The notes below the pieces were generated by a model. That model saw only the letters and a program-made list of their open reading frames with translations. It searched no databases and was not told the origin of the DNA. This document shows positions 9,030 through 17,451 of a stretch of 64,000 nucleotides of DNA, piece by piece. A program made the position numbers and the translations under genes. Numbering within the stretch: the first letter of the stretch is position 1; each line of letters opens with the position of its first letter. Location of the stretch: positions 124,001 to 188,000 of IMG/VR virus record IMGVR_UViG_3300007352_000001; one strand, given 5' to 3'.

Positions 9030-9106
9030 CGCATCGTTCACCGTTCGGCGTTCAATCGTGCGATCAAGCAACCCTGCGCTTTGCGGCTATGAGCTTTTCG
9101 ATCCGT

Positions 9107-9182
9107 TGGGATCAAGTACGGGAGTTGAACCCGTTACCTTCTGGTTTCAGGCCAGACGCTCTACCAAATGAGCTAACTTGGG
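9107..9182 (-). tRNA. atypical tRNA-like gene, anticodon TGA (nominal Ser), short variable loop; possibly pseudo-tRNA
   Basis: D-arm AGCTCATTTGGTAGAGC, anticodon stem TCTGG/CCAGA with loop CCTGAAA, T-loop GTTCAACTC, encoded CCA, but pairs 1:72 and 2:71 mismatched. Confidence 0.7.
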
Positions 9183-9232
9183 TATGCCACGCTTCTCTCG
9201 CTTCGCTGCCGAAGGCGTACCGCGGTCTCCTC

Positions 9233-9781
9233 TCAGTCGTCGATTGTGATCTTGGTCGTCGCGTTCAGGAGCGAGAGCTTGCCGTCGAGATCACCGAGCG
9301 TCTTCTCGATGGCCTCGATCTCGGCCGTCAGCTCCGACTCCTTGACGTTGATGATCACAGTCTCTTCCGGTTTACCAGCGCTCGTGTCGCCGGCCTGTAC
9401 GACCTGCCGCCCGCGCGCCTGGTTGCGCGTGTGCTGGATTGTCTGGAAGAGCTGCGCCAGGTACTGCTTCTGGCCCTCGGAGATCTCCCGGCGCCAGGTG
9501 AGCCACCCCGCCAGCGTGCGCGTCCGCTCGCCGAGTGTCAGCGTGACCTCTTGGTTCTTCGCCTGGACCGCGGTGCGGATCCGGATCACGCGCTCTTCGA
9601 GGTCGTTGATCGCCTGCCGCTCGCGCCGGATGAACTCGGCCGACCCGCCGTCGATGTCCTCCATCGGATCGCGCAACTGCCCGCCGCGTGCCAGGTACGG
9701 GATGATCGACTCGCGCTTCTTCCCGAGCCGGGCTTCGATCGTCTTGATCTCGGCCAGGGCCTCCGTGATCGTCGTCTCCAT
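9233..9781 (-). CDS. conserved coiled-coil hypothetical protein (DIP1984-like)
   Basis: MxxTITEAL...I..L..RI..I..A...N...LSLLNATTKI pattern; SD AGGAGG. Confidence 0.7.
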   Translation of the reverse strand: METTITEALAEIKTIEARLGKKRESIIPYLARGGQLRDPMEDIDGGSAEFIRRERQAINDLEERVIRIRTAVQAKNQEVTLTLGERTRTLAGWLTWRREISEGQKQYLAQLFQTIQHTRNQARGRQVVQAGDTSAGKPEETVIINVKESELTAEIEAIEKTLGDLDGKLSLLNATTKITIDD

Positions 9782-9795
9782 TTTTGCCTTCCTCC

Positions 9796-9981
9796 TCACA
9801 GGTCGAGCTTGCGGGGTGGCCGACTCTCGAACAGCTCCTGGAGCTTCACCGATTCCACCTCTCCGGAGGTGAAGGCGGCGCACACACGTTCGACCAATGC
9901 CCGCCCCGCAAGCCGCGCGGCGACGTCGTCCGTGCCGGGCACGCGCAACCGGACGACCAGTTGGTAGTTGTTCCCGTCCAT
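9796..9981 (-). CDS. hypothetical protein
   Basis: SD GGAG, 61 aa, same strand as the neighbour. Confidence 0.5.
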   Translation of the reverse strand: MDGNNYQLVVRLRVPGTDDVAARLAGRALVERVCAAFTSGEVESVKLQELFESRPPRKLDL

Positions 9982-10152
9982 GAAGCTCCGTGGCGTAGCA
10001 GACCTCTTAGAAGTTGTCACGGTCTTTTGCCGGTGCTACGACAGGCGTCGAAAGTTTTCTCCCACTCGCGTGGGCGTTTTTGGCTCTGGGGAGCATCTTA
10101 CTAGGTAGGGGACTTGTGGTGGCTTGCGGCGGGGGAGGGCGGAAGGTGCAGG

Positions 10153-10183
10153 TTGGCACGCTCTTCGCACCTTTGTACCGGTA
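10153..10183 (+). promoter_or_regulatory. sigma54-like repeated promoter motif, copy 1
   Basis: TTGGCACGCTCTTCGCACCTTTGTACCGGTA, identical to the copy at 58286-58316 (minus). Confidence 0.75.
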
Positions 10184-10207
10184 AGCCCTTAGCTGCGGAG
10201 GAAGCGT

Positions 10208-11425
10208 ATGCCAGATCAGAGTCTCAGTCTCGTCGAACTGCTCACCCGTTTCGCGAGGCTGGAGTACAACGTCCTCATGACGGGGCACACCGGCGTCGGC
10301 AAGACGACGGTGGGGCTCCACGTGTGCGAGCGCATCTGCTCGTACCAGGTGAAGTTCTTCAATGCGGCCATCATGGACCCGCAGGTCGAGCTGCTCGGGA
10401 TCCCGACCCCAGACCTCGACTTCGAGCGCCAGCGCGAGCGGATCTTGCGGGTGTTGATCGACTTCGGGTTGAAGGGGACCTTCCGGCCCTTGGAGAGCGA
10501 GACGCCGACCGAGACCTACTCGCGCGTCACGCAGCTGGTCGACACCGCGTTCGACCGGCCGAAGTCGCTGCAGTTCCTGCGCCCGAAGTTCATCGACGAG
10601 TGCGACGTGTTCTTCGTCGACGAAATCAACCGCGCCGAAGTGCAGACGCTGAACGGCATCATGGAGGCGATCCAGTTTGCCACGGTCATGGGCGATCGGC
10701 TGCCGCGCCTCAAGATGACCTGGGCGACGCGCAACCCCGACGGCGACGACATGGGCTACCACGTCCAGCGCATGGACCCGGCCTTGATCCAGCGGTTCCG
10801 GACCTTCGTCGAGGTCGACGCGCAGCCGGCGGTCGACATCCTCGTTGCGTGCGGGCCGATGCGCGAGGCAGTCGCTCGCAACCTGATCGAGTGGTACACC
10901 GCGCTGCAGGAGGGTGTGAAGCTGCACCTGCCGCCACGCCGCTTGGAGTACATCGGCAAGGCGTTCGAGGATGGGCTGCCGCTGGAGTTCGCCATCCCAC
11001 CGTTGGTCGACGTCACCAAGCTGCCGCTCAAGAATCTGGAGACCATGCTGCGCAGCGCGACCAAGTCGACGCTGGTCAGCAAGGATGACCTCTCGACGCC
11101 GGAGAAGCGCGCGGCCTTGATCGGGCGCATGAACGACGGCACGGCCAAGGGGCTCAGTGTCACCGTGCAGGTGCAGAAGATCCTCTCGCACCCGACGGTG
11201 AAGCTGCACAAGTTGATCGAGTACGTCGAGGTCGTCGAGGCGATGCGTTTGGAGACGCGTGTCGGTATGTGGGCCGCGATCGGCACGCGCCTGCTGAATC
11301 AGGTACCGGAGCCGGCCAAGTACGACTTCTCGCAGTTCGGTGCGCAGGAAGAGAGTGCGCGCCGTCTCTTCCGCGTCGCGATCCGCGACGGGTTCTACCA
11401 GGACGTGAAGCCGACGGACATCTGA
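10208..11425 (+). CDS. MoxR-like AAA+ ATPase
   Basis: Walker A GHTGVGKT, Walker B FFVDEINRA, ATRNP, MDPALIQRF. Confidence 0.9.
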   Translation: MPDQSLSLVELLTRFARLEYNVLMTGHTGVGKTTVGLHVCERICSYQVKFFNAAIMDPQVELLGIPTPDLDFERQRERILRVLIDFGLKGTFRPLESETPTETYSRVTQLVDTAFDRPKSLQFLRPKFIDECDVFFVDEINRAEVQTLNGIMEAIQFATVMGDRLPRLKMTWATRNPDGDDMGYHVQRMDPALIQRFRTFVEVDAQPAVDILVACGPMREAVARNLIEWYTALQEGVKLHLPPRRLEYIGKAFEDGLPLEFAIPPLVDVTKLPLKNLETMLRSATKSTLVSKDDLSTPEKRAALIGRMNDGTAKGLSVTVQVQKILSHPTVKLHKLIEYVEVVEAMRLETRVGMWAAIGTRLLNQVPEPAKYDFSQFGAQEESARRLFRVAIRDGFYQDVKPTDI

Positions 11426-13005
11426 TGACCATCGACTACTCCAAGATCCACCTGACCGGTGGCAGCCAGCACGAGCTGTGGAAGATCTCCCGGCCGTGTG
11501 ACTGGCGCTGGCTGCCGCCGGGCTGGGATGACCCGCAGCGGGTCGCCTGGCGTCAGGAGCGCTTCGAGCAGGCGTTGGAGACGATTGACGCCGCTGCGGA
11601 GCACGACCTGTGGATGCAGCTGCGCTTCGCACAGCTCGGGACGCCGAAGTTCCAGGCGCTCCCGATGCCGACGACGGCCGTCGGCCTGCGCCCGAACGGG
11701 CAGATCGAGTACGTGTTCCACCCGCGCTTCTTCGATCTCTGCGAGCCGGAGCGCTTGGTGTTCTCGATCGTCCACGAGCGCTTCCACGTCGACCTCGACC
11801 ACCTGCGTCGCGGCATCGGCAAGCGGCGCAACTTGTGGAACATCGTGATCGACATCGTCGACAATGAGTACTGTCACGCACTCGGCTTCCTGCCGCCGGA
11901 GATTGGCCGCGACTACTGGTCAATCGAGAAGCTGCTGCCCGGCTTCCGTGGCCTTGGGGAGGATGTCGGGGCCGTGGCGGACTTCCGCACGGAGTTCGAC
12001 GCGACGCGCCTCTACGACTTCCTGTTGTCGATCATCGAGAAGATCACCCTGCCGCCGTTCGCCGCGTTCGCTATGGACATAGGGATCGGCATGCCGATCC
12101 CGGATGAGGATGCCGACGACGACGAGTCGATACCGGGTCCTGGCGGGTCGGACGAGGGCGAGGGCGAGGAGGACGACGATGAGGGGAACGATCTTGGTCC
12201 CCCAATCTCGTGGTCGGACGTCGAGGAGGACCCACAGGATCACAACGACTATCAGGACGACGTCGCGGCCAATGGCGGCGCCAACCCGTTTGGGGGTGGT
12301 GGTGGGGGTGCCGGCAAGGGCCGGGGAACCTTCGGCGACTCGATCATGCCGGCAGTGGCCAAGTCGCGTTCGCACACCTGGCTCGACAACTTGGCTGATC
12401 GCGTGCACGGCGAGGTTGTGCGTCGCGTCGAGAAGCAGTGGGCGATCCCGCCGCGTCGGCTGGTCGGGAGCGGACTCTACCCGCATGTGCTCCTGCCGTC
12501 AGTTCGCCGCACCATCGTGCGCACCAAGTCGGTGGTGCTGATCGGCGATTGCTCGGGCTCGATGGCCGGCGTGATCCCGAAGATGCTGCGCCTCTTCTCC
12601 GAGATGATCGACCACTTCACCAGCGGCCACATTCAGCGCAACCCGGTGAAGGTCGATTCGTACGCGTTCGACGATGGGGTGTACCACTGGCCGAAGGAAC
12701 TGATTCAGCGCGGCCGTGCTCCGCACTCCGGCGGGACCAACTTCCAGCGCGTGGCAAACTTCGTCGAGGGTCGTGACGTCACGCTGGAGTCCGGCCACGG
12801 CGGCGCTGGCATCCGCCTGCGGCAGCACCCCGACCTGGTCATCGTGGTCACCGACGGTGAGGATCGCGCGCCGAAGATCAAGTACCCGGACAACTGGGTC
12901 TGGCTCTGCGTTGAGGAGCAGGAGTACCCTGCCTACGTCAGGCGCGACACCAAGGGCATCGGGCAGGTCGTGATGTATGGCGACGTCTACGACGGTTCCT
13001 TCTGA
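11425..13005 (+). CDS. zincin-like metallopeptidase + VWA domain protein (DUF2201-like)
   Basis: PTTAV, HERFH (HExxH), WNIVIDIVDN, acidic linker, MIDAS-like DCSGS, GGTNF, VVTDG. Confidence 0.85.
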   Translation: MTIDYSKIHLTGGSQHELWKISRPCDWRWLPPGWDDPQRVAWRQERFEQALETIDAAAEHDLWMQLRFAQLGTPKFQALPMPTTAVGLRPNGQIEYVFHPRFFDLCEPERLVFSIVHERFHVDLDHLRRGIGKRRNLWNIVIDIVDNEYCHALGFLPPEIGRDYWSIEKLLPGFRGLGEDVGAVADFRTEFDATRLYDFLLSIIEKITLPPFAAFAMDIGIGMPIPDEDADDDESIPGPGGSDEGEGEEDDDEGNDLGPPISWSDVEEDPQDHNDYQDDVAANGGANPFGGGGGGAGKGRGTFGDSIMPAVAKSRSHTWLDNLADRVHGEVVRRVEKQWAIPPRRLVGSGLYPHVLLPSVRRTIVRTKSVVLIGDCSGSMAGVIPKMLRLFSEMIDHFTSGHIQRNPVKVDSYAFDDGVYHWPKELIQRGRAPHSGGTNFQRVANFVEGRDVTLESGHGGAGIRLRQHPDLVIVVTDGEDRAPKIKYPDNWVWLCVEEQEYPAYVRRDTKGIGQVVMYGDVYDGSF

Positions 13006-13927
13006 TCGCATCACGCCGGTCAAAGCGACCGGCACTTTCAAGCCGGCGCTGTGGAACGACCGCGCGTACGTCGCCGAGGAGAAGCTCGACGGTGTTCGCG
13101 CGGTCGTGTACGCCACTGCGGCCGGCGCTCGTGTCATGGTTGGCGAGCGCGACATCACCGCCCAGGTCCCGCACCTGGGCGTGTTGCACGTGCCTGGTCT
13201 CGTGCTCGACGGTGAGCTAGTGCAGAACGCGCTGAGAAGCCCCGAGACCGACCACGTGCCGGGGATCGGCTCGGCCTCAGTCACCGGGATCGTGAACAGT
13301 TCGCCCGGTCGCGCCATCGAGACGCAGAAGCGCGACGGGTTCCTCAAGTTCTATGCCTTCGACTGCCTGCATGTGGGGCGCGTGGGGCGACTCAACATGC
13401 GCACGCAGTCGTGGGAGCGCCGTCGCGCTGCCTTGGTCGACGTTCTGGCTGGGCTACCACGCCCGATTGGCGACAACTACATCGCCGTCCCGGTCGCTGT
13501 ACCGCCACTCACACGCGAGTTCTACCAACGCGTCGTGCTACTCGGGGGCGAGGGGGTGGTACTCAAGCACCGCGAACAGTCCTACACCGGCGTTGGGTGG
13601 GTGAAAGTGAAGTTCCGGACCACGTTGTCGGTAGTGATTGCCGGCATCAACCGTGACCGAGAATCGGTCGCCATCGCGGTCTACGAGGACGGCAAGCTCT
13701 CCTCGGTTGGTGATTGCGGGATCAAAAACACGCAGCTTCGTGCGCAGGCACAGTTGAAACCGCACACCTTGGTCGGTCGTGTGCTCGACGTGCAGGCGTA
13801 TGCGGTCAGTACCCGCGGCAAGCTGCGCAACCCGATCTGGGACCGTCTGCGGCCGGATCTCTTTCCGAAGGCGATCACGCGCGACAAGCTGATCGCGGAC
13901 TTCGAGCAGGCGGTGGAGCACGCGTAG
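12977..13927 (+). CDS. ATP-dependent DNA ligase
   Basis: EEKLDGVR (KxDG), LDGEL, FYAFD, EGVVLK, WVKVK, C-terminal OB fold LRNP...LRPD. Confidence 0.9.
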   Translation: MATSTTVPSDRITPVKATGTFKPALWNDRAYVAEEKLDGVRAVVYATAAGARVMVGERDITAQVPHLGVLHVPGLVLDGELVQNALRSPETDHVPGIGSASVTGIVNSSPGRAIETQKRDGFLKFYAFDCLHVGRVGRLNMRTQSWERRRAALVDVLAGLPRPIGDNYIAVPVAVPPLTREFYQRVVLLGGEGVVLKHREQSYTGVGWVKVKFRTTLSVVIAGINRDRESVAIAVYEDGKLSSVGDCGIKNTQLRAQAQLKPHTLVGRVLDVQAYAVSTRGKLRNPIWDRLRPDLFPKAITRDKLIADFEQAVEHA

Positions 13928-14149
13928 ATGACAGGGACTGTGGTAGTGGGGTTGGTGGTGGCGGTGCTGCAGCTCGTGGCGTCGATTATCGCGATGGCTG
14001 CGGCCGTACGGACGGTTCGTGCCACGCGAGCAGTGAAGATCGAAGTCGATCGCTTGATGGTGATGCGCTCGGAGATTGAGCTGGTCCGCCTCGAAATCGA
14101 GAGCGAGCTAGCGATGCACTACCAACCGCCGGCCGCGCACCTGCACTAG
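13928..14149 (+). CDS. small membrane/coiled-coil protein
   Basis: N-terminal hydrophobic helix; begins right after the ligase stop. Confidence 0.5.
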   Translation: MTGTVVVGLVVAVLQLVASIIAMAAAVRTVRATRAVKIEVDRLMVMRSEIELVRLEIESELAMHYQPPAAHLH

Positions 14150-14188
14150 GCGCTTCCTCCACTCTCCGCTTGAGTCCACCAAAGGCCT

Positions 14189-14866
14189 GTGCCAGACTTC
14201 CCGACCGCAGGCGTAGGGAGGGTGGCGGTGGTGGAGCACGACGGTCGGCCACGTGATGGTCTCACGTATCGGTTGCCCATCGAGCAGATCCTGGCAGAGC
14301 AGGGTGCGGCGAAGCGCAGCCGCCTCTTCCGCCAGTACACCGATGCCACCTACGCGTGGATCGACGAGGACTTGGAGTTCTTGCGAGCGTTCGAGGAACT
14401 CCCGCAAGGTCAGGACGTCGGCGTGCTGCGCAACATCGCCAGCATGCGCGGCGCGGAGAGCCGGCGCGATCTCGAACGCGAGTATGATCGGCTGAAGCTC
14501 CCACACCAGTGGACCGTCAACTGCCTGTGCGTCGACGGTCCCATGCTGGCGCTCAACGAACGCGCGCTCGAAGCCTACATCGAGGCGAACTGCCCCATCG
14601 CCGTCGGACCGTTCCTCGACTACCTCTGGCGCAAGCAGTGGCGCATGGTCCCGACGCCGGAGTGGGAAGCCGTGGTCTACAACCAGTTGATGATCGGCTC
14701 GCGCCGCGTGTTCGTCCAGGACCAGGTCTACTACTTCCTCCTCCTCCCGGCGCCATACCTGATCGACGTGGGGTTCATCGAGTCTGCGGAGAAGCGTGAG
14801 GCGATCGTCTACGGGTGGTCGCCGATTGACTTGCCGCCAGTGACCTGGCAGCAAAAGCGCCGGTGA
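14189..14866 (+). CDS. hypothetical protein
   Basis: 225-aa ORF with phage-like codon usage. Confidence 0.7.
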   Translation: MPDFPTAGVGRVAVVEHDGRPRDGLTYRLPIEQILAEQGAAKRSRLFRQYTDATYAWIDEDLEFLRAFEELPQGQDVGVLRNIASMRGAESRRDLEREYDRLKLPHQWTVNCLCVDGPMLALNERALEAYIEANCPIAVGPFLDYLWRKQWRMVPTPEWEAVVYNQLMIGSRRVFVQDQVYYFLLLPAPYLIDVGFIESAEKREAIVYGWSPIDLPPVTWQQKRR

Positions 14867-14870
14867 CGAG

Positions 14871-15248
14871 ATGCTTGACGAGGGGGGTCGTCAGTTCGCG
14901 CTGCATCGCGGCTTGCTGCAGTGGATTGAAGTCGTCGAGGATCGTGGCGACACCGTCGTGATCAACCATCCCCAGCGTGGGGAGATGGTCACGCCGCGCG
15001 AGCTGTACGAGTGGGATGTCGGTTCGCTCGACGAGTACTTGGATCGCCAAGTCGTGGTTGAGTCGCCGTTCGACAGCTCCGCGTTCGTCGTCGAGGCGTC
15101 CCCCATCGACTTGATCACGGACGGTGACGAGGACGAGCCGACTGCGCTGCGCGAAGCGTTGCCAGACGCCGCGTCGTACGAGCACCTCCTCTCGCCAACT
15201 GAGCGCCGCTTCATGGCGAAGGGGTGGACGATCATTCCCTTCAAATGA
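14871..15248 (+). CDS. hypothetical protein
   Basis: Operonic ORF. Confidence 0.65.
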   Translation: MLDEGGRQFALHRGLLQWIEVVEDRGDTVVINHPQRGEMVTPRELYEWDVGSLDEYLDRQVVVESPFDSSAFVVEASPIDLITDGDEDEPTALREALPDAASYEHLLSPTERRFMAKGWTIIPFK

Positions 15249-15285
15249 GCTATTGCGAATGATGCTCAATGAGTAGCAAGAACGC

Positions 15286-15313
15286 TTGCGCAAGATGAGA
15301 TAATCAGTAGTAT
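15286..15313 (+). promoter_or_regulatory. sigma70-type promoter candidate
   Basis: TTGCGC-N16-TAGTAT in an AT-rich intergenic gap upstream of the sigma-like gene. Confidence 0.35.
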
Positions 15314-15393
15314 TTACAGGCGAGCATCAACCTGATAGTGCTCGTCGTCCTGTCATCAACTCAAGGGTGCTGACGTGTGTGGGAGAGGGTTGC

Positions 15394-15945
15394 ATGGGAG
15401 AGTTGGATCGGGACGAGATTGCCGCGCGGTATGAGTACGTCCACGAGCAGCCGAACATCGTTCGCTACCTGGTAGCGCAAGCGATCGTTGCGCACCGCCG
15501 GAGTACGGTGCGCCTCGACGTCGACGACTACCTGCAAGCGGAGTTCCTCGCGTTGTGGGCGACGTGCCGTCGCATTGACCCGCGCGTCGAACTCGCGCGC
15601 TTCATCGGGTACTTGAAGGCCGCGTCCGCGGTTGCGATTCGTCAGGCGCAGCGCAAAGGCTTGCGTGAGACGCGCTTGCAGGATCCGTGGATCGAGGCGT
15701 TGAGCGACGTGGTGGCGGACGGGCGCCTCACCCCGGAGCAGCTCACGATCTACCGCGACCTGGTGCGCAAGCTCGGCTCCTTGGTGCGCGTGGAGCGAGA
15801 CCCGTACCTGGAACAGGTCTATGATGCGCAAGTGGCGCCGCTCTTTGGGGCCGCAGCCGGTCACCTACCAGGCACGAAGAAGCGGGTGCGACGACACGTG
15901 GGCCGGTTGCTGTCCATGGTCACGACGCTCACCGCGCAGCAGTAA
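15394..15945 (+). CDS. phage RNA polymerase sigma-factor-like protein (sigma70 region 2)
   Basis: DDYLQAEFLALWATCRRIDP...F..YL resembles region 2.2-2.3; region 4 not evident. Confidence 0.55.
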   Translation: MGELDRDEIAARYEYVHEQPNIVRYLVAQAIVAHRRSTVRLDVDDYLQAEFLALWATCRRIDPRVELARFIGYLKAASAVAIRQAQRKGLRETRLQDPWIEALSDVVADGRLTPEQLTIYRDLVRKLGSLVRVERDPYLEQVYDAQVAPLFGAAAGHLPGTKKRVRRHVGRLLSMVTTLTAQQ

Positions 15946-15954
15946 GGGCGGGGC

Positions 15955-17418
15955 ATGCTCGCGTTCAACTACGGACCGGTCTTCACTACCGCCGTAGGGA
16001 CCGAACTCGAACTCGGGACGGTGAGCCAGCTGCTCACGCCAGACCCCGAGCAGCCGAGCTTGCTCCTGGGCTCGTACCTGCCGACGGGGCTCTTGTCGCA
16101 CGTGTGCACGCGGCTCGACATGATCGACGTGCCGTACGTGCTGCACAACACGCCGGCCGAGGGCTCGATCTACGACGTGCCGCCGGACTACCTCGCCGGC
16201 ATCACCCTGCGCGAGGAGCAGCGGATGCTCATCCGCAAGGGGCTCTACCACCAGCGCGGGTTGATCGAGAGTCCGACCGGCAGCGGCAAGACCGAGCTGA
16301 CGTGCGCGATCGCGCAGTGGCTTGACGGGCGCGTGCTCGTCTTGGTGCCTGGTACCAACTCGCTGCACCAGACCGCGGCCCGCTTCAAGAAGCGGGGCCT
16401 CGATGACGTCGGCATGTTCGGTGACGGCAAGCGTGACCTGAACCATCGCGTCATCGTCGCGATCGTTGCCTCGGTCTACCAGGCGATCGGTCGGCGCAAG
16501 GCGGACGTGCTGCGGATTCTCTCTGAGTTGCAGGCGGTACTGCTCCTCGAATGCCACCACTTGCAGGCGATGACTTGGCAGACCGTCTGTCAGAACACCG
16601 AGGCGCCATACCGCCTCGGGCTTTCGGCGACGCTCTTTGAGAAGGGCTCACAGCCGACCACGCATGGCGACTACGCGCTGATCGGGCAGACCGGGCCGGT
16701 GGTGGCCAAGCTCCCCGACCATCTGCTCATGAACCGCGGCCACCTGGCGACGCCGTGGGTGCACACATTGCGGGTCTTCCAGCCCGAGCGCACCGACGAG
16801 CAGAAGAAGTGCGACAACTGGATCCAGCAGCAGCGCGAGTGCATCGTGCACAACAAGCCGCGCAACACCATGATCGTCCAAGTCGCGGCGCCGCTGGTGC
16901 GCGAGGGCTTCAAAATCCTCACGTTGGTGAACGTGCTCAAGCACGGTGACACGCTCGGGAAGATGGCCTCTGAGGCCGTGCGGCCGTTGGAGGTCCAGTT
17001 CTACCACGGCGGGTCGACGCTCGACGTCTACCGGGATGGGATCCGGGTGCGGCGCGAGAAGCTGCCGATCTACAAGCTGGTCGACAAGCTCGAAGCGGAG
17101 CCGGAGTTCTTCCTGATCGGCTCACCGGCCGTGAAGGAGGACGCGGACTTCCCTGGTGCCAACGTGCTCGTGGCGGCAGGAGCCGGCCGCGGGTACCGCG
17201 GCGTGATTCAACGCACCGGCCGCGTGCTGCGTGCGAAGCAAGGCACCAACATCGGCCACCTGGTCGACTTCAAGGACTACACCGCCTGGATGTTGAAGGC
17301 GCAGTCCGACGCGCGCCGCAAGACCTACGAGGCGCGTTACGCTGGTGCTGAGCGGTTGCGGTTCCTCGATCATCGGACGCCGGCTGACGTCGTGGAGGCG
17401 ATTCGGCACGCCGCGTGA
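15955..17418 (+). CDS. SF2 helicase, UvsW-like
   Basis: LREEQ, PTGSGKT, LECHH (Walker B variant), GLSAT, QRTGRVLR. Confidence 0.85.
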   Translation: MLAFNYGPVFTTAVGTELELGTVSQLLTPDPEQPSLLLGSYLPTGLLSHVCTRLDMIDVPYVLHNTPAEGSIYDVPPDYLAGITLREEQRMLIRKGLYHQRGLIESPTGSGKTELTCAIAQWLDGRVLVLVPGTNSLHQTAARFKKRGLDDVGMFGDGKRDLNHRVIVAIVASVYQAIGRRKADVLRILSELQAVLLLECHHLQAMTWQTVCQNTEAPYRLGLSATLFEKGSQPTTHGDYALIGQTGPVVAKLPDHLLMNRGHLATPWVHTLRVFQPERTDEQKKCDNWIQQQRECIVHNKPRNTMIVQVAAPLVREGFKILTLVNVLKHGDTLGKMASEAVRPLEVQFYHGGSTLDVYRDGIRVRREKLPIYKLVDKLEAEPEFFLIGSPAVKEDADFPGANVLVAAGAGRGYRGVIQRTGRVLRAKQGTNIGHLVDFKDYTAWMLKAQSDARRKTYEARYAGAERLRFLDHRTPADVVEAIRHAA

Positions 17419-17451
17419 TGACGAGAGGGTTCGGTCGATGACTGGGTTGAC

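Noticed and set aside
9020-9967. 315-aa plus-strand ORF
   Set aside because: Overlaps a tRNA-like gene and a better minus-strand CDS
10007-11923. 638-aa minus-strand ORF
   Set aside because: Antisense shadow of the AAA+/VWA genes; Arg/Ala-rich with no motifs, typical of high-GC DNA
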